Source: Candidatus Villigracilis affinis
Lineage (GTDB): Bacteria > Chloroflexota > Anaerolineae > Anaerolineales > Villigracilaceae
Direction of reading: 5' to 3'
Assembly (NCBI GenBank): GCA_016718275.1
Contig: JADKEA010000003.1
Span: 15,651 to 79,650, forward strand
DNA length: 64,000 bases
Under the pieces are notes generated by a model. It saw nothing but the letters and a program-made list of their open reading frames with translations, did not search any database and was not told where the DNA came from. The position numbers and the translations under genes are program-made. Positions within the stretch are counted from its first letter, which is position 1, and every line of letters starts with the position of its first letter. Positions 59,710-64,000 of the stretch are shown here, in pieces.

Positions 59710-60840
59710 TTATAAATTGCCGCGGCGCTGTTGTTCCAGTTCAAGCGATTCGAACAGAGCCTTGAAGTTGCCTTTTCCAAATCCCTGTGCGCCATGCCTT
59801 TGGATGATCTCGATGAACATGGTGGGGCGGTCTTGAATGGGGCGTGTGAAGATTTGCAGGAGATAGCCTTCATCGTCCTTGTCGACGAGGATGCCGAGTT
59901 CCTGAATGGTTTTGTAATCTTCCTTGATCGAGCCAACTCGGTCGGGGAGCGCTTCGTAATAGGTATCAGGCACGCGTAGGAATTCAACGCCGTTTTTGCG
60001 GAGCTGGTCCACAGTGGAGAGGATGTCGCCTGTAATGATGGCGAGATGCTGTGCGCCGGGGGTTAGGTAGTAATCGAGGTATTCCTCGATCTGGCTTTTG
60101 CGTTTGCCTTCAGCAGGTTCGTTGATGGGGAATTTGACGCGGCCATTTCCATTTTGCATGACCTTTGACATCAGCGCGGAATATTCGGTGGAGATGTCTT
60201 TGTCGTCGAAATGCATTAGTTGGCGGAAGCCCATTACCTGATGATAAAAATTGACCCACTGATTCATTTTGCCAAGCTGCACATTGCCAACAATGTGGTC
60301 AATGGCGGCGAGACCAGTGGATTGGGTTTCCTTGTCTTTGATGGGGCGGTAAGTGGGGGCGAAGACGCCTTTGTAATCGGCGCGATCCACGAAAGTGTGT
60401 AAGGTTTCACCATACGTATAAATAGCGGATGTGCGAAAAATGCCGTGGTCATCTTTTTCCTCGCGTGGAGCCCAAGCCGATTTTGCGCCGCGGGAGGTTG
60501 TGGCTTTCCATGCCTTTTCCACATCGTCCACTTCCATGGCGATGACTTTGACACCGTCGCCATGCACCATGTGGTGTGAAGCGAGCGGGCTGGATGGGCT
60601 GTAAGCCGCTGAGACGACGAGCCGCGCCTGTCCGGATTCGAGCACGTATGAGGCGTACTCTCGGTTGCCTGTCTCAAGGCCGGAGTAGGCTACGGGCTTG
60701 AAACCAAAGGCTTTCCACCAGTAATACATGGCGTGCTTGGCGTTGCCGACATAAAAGTGAACATGGTCAATGGACTTGATTTGCAGGAAATCTGCTTCTT
60801 CTGTCATGGGGCGGGACTCTTCAGTTGTTTTTGTTGCCAT
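59710..60840 (-). CDS. hppD: 4-hydroxyphenylpyruvate dioxygenase.
   Basis: 376 aa with two VOC modules and the C-terminal motif FIEIIQR.G..GFG.GNFKALFES.E.EQ..RG. Confidence 0.9.
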   Translation of the reverse strand: MATKTTEESRPMTEEADFLQIKSIDHVHFYVGNAKHAMYYWWKAFGFKPVAYSGLETGNREYASYVLESGQARLVVSAAYSPSSPLASHHMVHGDGVKVIAMEVDDVEKAWKATTSRGAKSAWAPREEKDDHGIFRTSAIYTYGETLHTFVDRADYKGVFAPTYRPIKDKETQSTGLAAIDHIVGNVQLGKMNQWVNFYHQVMGFRQLMHFDDKDISTEYSALMSKVMQNGNGRVKFPINEPAEGKRKSQIEEYLDYYLTPGAQHLAIITGDILSTVDQLRKNGVEFLRVPDTYYEALPDRVGSIKEDYKTIQELGILVDKDDEGYLLQIFTRPIQDRPTMFIEIIQRHGAQGFGKGNFKALFESLELEQQRRGNL

Positions 60841-60964
60841 AGATTCTCCTTTGGGTTTGGTTTATTACTTATCGCAAAAACTTTCCAGATGTCTGACATC
60901 GCTGGAAATTATGCGATTCTGTATGGATGATTTTACGATAAAGGCCATTTGTGTGCAATAAAAC

Positions 60965-60995
60965 AAAAGACCTAAAGGGTGACTTTAGGTCTTTT
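60965..60995 (-). terminator. Rho-independent terminator (minus-strand sense; the hairpin is symmetric).
   Basis: aaaagacctaaag-ggtga-ctttaggtctttt. On the minus strand it is followed by ttttgtttt. Confidence 0.75.
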
Positions 60996-61018
60996 GCGGG
61001 TCGGTATTTCGAATTCAG

Positions 61019-61300
61019 GCGGTGATAGTTTCCCCCGCCTTCAAATCTTTGATGAGGAACGGCATAGATAGAGAAGATTGGAAGCCCCCCAAGGGGGTCA
61101 TGGCGAGTGACGAAGAAGACGACAGCCATTAAATGTTTGTCCAAATAAAGACCCTTGAAAGTTGCAGGGGCGCCCTGACCACGGTCATATAAATTGGGAA
61201 TGATCGACGTCATCCCCAATAAGCCCACGCAGTTTAATGCGCGATCAGGAAGATAGCATAAAAGGGGTTGGTTCTGACGTTGTCCCAAGGTTAACGACAA
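61019..61300 (-). pseudogene. Decayed partial duplicate of the 3' half of the adjacent TIGR02206-like membrane protein gene.
   Basis: DNA-level similarity to 61425-61760. For example, caggcggtgatagtttcccccgccttcaaatctttgatgaggaacggcatagatagagaagat matches gaggcggtcacctgctttgccttccaatccttgatgagaaacggtacatacagcaggaagaagat. Likewise, gtccaaataaagacccttgaaagttgcagggg..accacggtcatataaat matches gtccaaacgaaaattcgtttgaaggattgcagggtgggg..accacggtcatatagat. Confidence 0.5.
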
Positions 61301-61421
61301 AAAGCAATGACGATGCGGTCAGCATCTGGTGAGCCCAAAGTTCAACCGCCCAAATAAAGACCTTTTGAAATATTGTGTCACCCGGAGGGTTGTGTTAAAC
61401 GCGTGGGAAGTTGCGGAACTT

Positions 61422-62159
61422 TTATGAGGCGGTCACCTGCTTTGCCTTCCAATCCTTGATGAGAAACGGTACATACAGCAGGAAGAAGATCGCGAATCCA
61501 ATGGCTTCCAGTTCGATGATATACCATGGCCACGGGGCCAGCATATCCAGCAGGGTGGGGAACTCGGGTTTGCCCGCCACAAAAAGATAATTACTGCCGA
61601 TGGCGAGATTCAGGAAGAAAATGATGACCATGTAGATATTTGTCCAAACGAAAATTCGTTTGAAGGATTGCAGGGTGGGGCGGAATCCCTCCACCACGGT
61701 CATATAGATGGCGATGCCGATCAACAATCCATGCGCGATGAAGGTCTGCATAATGCGAAAATGTGGGAAGTTGTACGCGGCGGCGTCGGCCGGTGTCAAC
61801 ACGGCCTGCATGGCTCCGCCAAGCCCCAGAAAGTACACCATTTCGTAGATGCTGTAATTCTTTGTCACCAGCATGTAGGCCGAGGCCCAGATTATCACAC
61901 TGCACATGTGCAGCGGCAGCATGGTCTGAATGTTCCAAATTCCCCAATATACAGACCAGACATGCAGAGCCGATTCGTTGACCACGATCAAGACCGCCAG
62001 AATCCAACGAACGACCTTCTTTTCCTTTTCCCCCCACACCTTGCGAAAATATAAAAACGAAAAGCAGAACAGGGTAATGATGGCCAGAGCGGTTAAATGC
62101 TCCCGTCCGAAAAGCTTAATCGGCTCCCCTGCATAGATCAATGAAAAATACTGTCCCAT
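61422..62159 (-). CDS. TIGR02206 (YwaF-like) family integral membrane protein.
   Basis: 245 aa, polytopic, with an LPLHMCS motif. Confidence 0.7.
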   Translation of the reverse strand: MGQYFSLIYAGEPIKLFGREHLTALAIITLFCFSFLYFRKVWGEKEKKVVRWILAVLIVVNESALHVWSVYWGIWNIQTMLPLHMCSVIIWASAYMLVTKNYSIYEMVYFLGLGGAMQAVLTPADAAAYNFPHFRIMQTFIAHGLLIGIAIYMTVVEGFRPTLQSFKRIFVWTNIYMVIIFFLNLAIGSNYLFVAGKPEFPTLLDMLAPWPWYIIELEAIGFAIFFLLYVPFLIKDWKAKQVTAS

Positions 62160-62381
62160 GTCAACTCCCTTTCTCGTGGCTCGTCTGCCTTGCGTATTTT
62201 TACCACAAGATATAAACTTCGACGCCCGTAAATTAAAGCATCTTTAAAGTGATTCTACGAAAGACGGGATGCGAATATAATTTCACGACATACAGTGCGC
62301 CTGCCGCCGTCCCCGACAGCCCAGGCGCCGCCTCGAGCAGAAGTGCAAGAGGCTCAATCTAACCATGCTGGAGGATTTTTT

Positions 62382-63434
62382 ATGAAACAACGAAACCTGT
62401 ACATCATATTGGCTGTCATTGTGTTGGGGGTCGCCGCGGTGGCCTACTTTGCTTCGAACTCAAAAAGCGCAGCACCTGCTCAATTGACCGAAGAAGTCAA
62501 ACTCGCCGAAGTGCCCGTGACCGAGATCGCCATCTCCGGGCCCGCATCCACGCCCGAAGCAGAATTATCCGGGCTGGCTTGGTACGGCGAAAACCTCATC
62601 TTATTGCCGCAGTATCCGAATCTCTTCGATGAGAGCGGCGATGGTCAATTGTTTTACCTGCCGAAGGCCGAACTTAGCCTCTACATCGGCGGTGCACGCG
62701 GAGCCGCCCTTGAACCGCGTCCCATCAAACTGATCGCCCCAGACCTCACCGATCAGATCCGCAACTATCAGGGCTTTGAATCGATTGGCTTTTCAGGCGA
62801 CCGTGTCTTTATGACCATCGAAGCTGGCGAAGGCAAGGATATGATGGGCTACATCATCTCCGGGACTATCAGCCCCGATCTTTCCACGCTGACACTTGAT
62901 ACCACGAAACTGACAGAGATCCCCCCGCAGGCAAAATCTGAAAACCACTCAGACGAATCCATTTTGGTAATGGAAGATAAGATTCTGACCTTTTACGAAG
63001 TCAATGGCGAAGCGATCGTTTCAGACCCTGTTGTTCATGTATTCGATTTTGACTTGAATCTCACAGGCACACTTCCCCTGGAGAATCTCGAATACCGCCT
63101 GACCGACACCGCCATAGGAGTTGGAAACAACATCTGGGGCATCAATTATTTCTTCCCCGGTGATGAAGACCTGATGCCAGCGAGTGACCCGATTCTGGAG
63201 AGATTCGGCACAGGTGAAACCCATGCCCAATTCCCACAGGTGGAGCGGTTGATCAGATATCAATATTCCGATTCGGGAATCACATTGGTTACGAACAAAA
63301 AACCCCTCTACCTTACATTGACTGAGGACATTCGTAACTGGGAAGGCCTGGTTTCCCTGGATACGATTGGCTTCATTATGGTGACCGATAAATTCCCAAG
63401 AACGATCCTGGCATTCGTGCCGCTTCCAAGATAA
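62382..63434 (+). CDS. Membrane-anchored hypothetical protein.
   Basis: 350 aa from ATG 62382 with an N-terminal TM helix (LYIILAVIVLGVAAVAYF). I recognise no family. Confidence 0.65.
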   Translation: MKQRNLYIILAVIVLGVAAVAYFASNSKSAAPAQLTEEVKLAEVPVTEIAISGPASTPEAELSGLAWYGENLILLPQYPNLFDESGDGQLFYLPKAELSLYIGGARGAALEPRPIKLIAPDLTDQIRNYQGFESIGFSGDRVFMTIEAGEGKDMMGYIISGTISPDLSTLTLDTTKLTEIPPQAKSENHSDESILVMEDKILTFYEVNGEAIVSDPVVHVFDFDLNLTGTLPLENLEYRLTDTAIGVGNNIWGINYFFPGDEDLMPASDPILERFGTGETHAQFPQVERLIRYQYSDSGITLVTNKKPLYLTLTEDIRNWEGLVSLDTIGFIMVTDKFPRTILAFVPLPR

Positions 63435-63453
63435 GTATAAAATACCCCGACAC

Positions 63454-63495
63454 AACAAGAGAGAGTGACGGCTTTGGTCGTTACTCTCTCTTGTT
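63454..63495. terminator. Bidirectional terminator between convergent genes.
   Basis: 17-bp stem aacaagagagagtgacg / cgttactctctcttgtt (one G-U pair) with an 8-nt loop. Confidence 0.75.
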
Positions 63496-63515
63496 ATATA
63501 AACCCAACATGATGT

Positions 63516-63980
63516 TCAAGAATTTTCACTGCCTTGATTAACCATGCCATCGATAAATAATTTCCAGACGGGGAAGGCATCCTCATCCCAGATCTTGTGC
63601 ATGATCTCGAACGCATTATCTTCTTTCCAGCCCAGCCCAAGTATTCTATACATGGCAATAAATGCGCTGGCGCGGAAATTCGCCTCGCAGTGCACATGGA
63701 TGACCTTGTCTTTATGCTCTTCCATTGCATCCATGAATTTATCCAGCCCGTCTTTGGTGGGCGTGCCCCAGTTGATGGGAATGTTGATGTACTCGATGCC
63801 CATGGAATTCACAAGCTGACCTTCGTTTGGAATCGCATTGGGCACATCATGCGGCGCGAGATTGATCACAACCTGCACGCCGTGCTTTGGCGCTTCGCTC
63901 AATTGCTCGGCGGTTGGCATTCCGCTTGAAGAGAGGCTTTCAGAATATCGGAGAAAATTGTAAATTTGATCGAACATCAT
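63516..63980 (-). CDS. Small protein-tyrosine / dual-specificity phosphatase-like protein.
   Basis: 154 aa. The active-site-like loop VHCEANFRAS is of the HC(x)nR(S/T) type. Confidence 0.6.
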   Translation of the reverse strand: MMFDQIYNFLRYSESLSSSGMPTAEQLSEAPKHGVQVVINLAPHDVPNAIPNEGQLVNSMGIEYINIPINWGTPTKDGLDKFMDAMEEHKDKVIHVHCEANFRASAFIAMYRILGLGWKEDNAFEIMHKIWDEDAFPVWKLFIDGMVNQGSENS

Positions 63981-64000
63981 TTCACCTGTGTAATTTTTCC

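Noticed and set aside
60869-61300. 143-aa ORF as a real gene.
   Set aside because: It overlaps a strong terminator hairpin and has no RBS. Its only similarity is to the C-terminal half of the neighbouring membrane-protein gene, with an internal deletion, so I interpret it as a relic.

Overview
The window looks like an ordinary chromosomal segment of a Gram-positive-type or monoderm-like bacterium. Gene content (LCP, LysM, SdrD-B repeats, many sensor kinases, aerobic tyrosine catabolism) suggests a Chloroflexota/Anaerolineae-like organism, but that placement is only a guess. About 60 genes are dense and mostly housekeeping or accessory. No CRISPR array, rRNA, transposase or recognisable defence island was seen, and I cannot point to a clearly novel multi-gene system.

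Findings most worth a second look:
1. An AhpC/TSA-type peroxiredoxin has an in-frame TGA exactly where the first Cys of the (W/F)-C-P-Y-C redox motif should be, with a GC hairpin just downstream. This makes it a candidate selenoprotein.
2. A 13.5-kb co-directional, tightly packed gene string runs from crtI to a PPOX-family gene. It contains a MerR/B12-binding (CarH/LitR-like) regulator, carotenoid genes, photolyase, a P450 and the candidate Sec-peroxiredoxin. It starts at a strikingly symmetric divergent crtI/crtB promoter whose two consensus -35 boxes sit inside a ~21-bp inverted repeat, a candidate operator.
3. An 89-nt G62-T-G13-T-G12 tract lies in an intergenic region.
4. At least 13 one-base frame disruptions occur in otherwise well-conserved genes, 11 of them packed into 37.6-56.4 kb immediately right of the poly-G tract. 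This could be assembly or basecalling error, or real pseudogenisation.
5. A giant surface protein carries seven near-identical 468-bp tandem coding repeats.
6. A highly structured 175-nt intergenic element has 12-bp terminal inverted repeats and mutually exclusive internal hairpins.

All functional calls rest on motif and family recognition from the translated ORFs. No database search was run.
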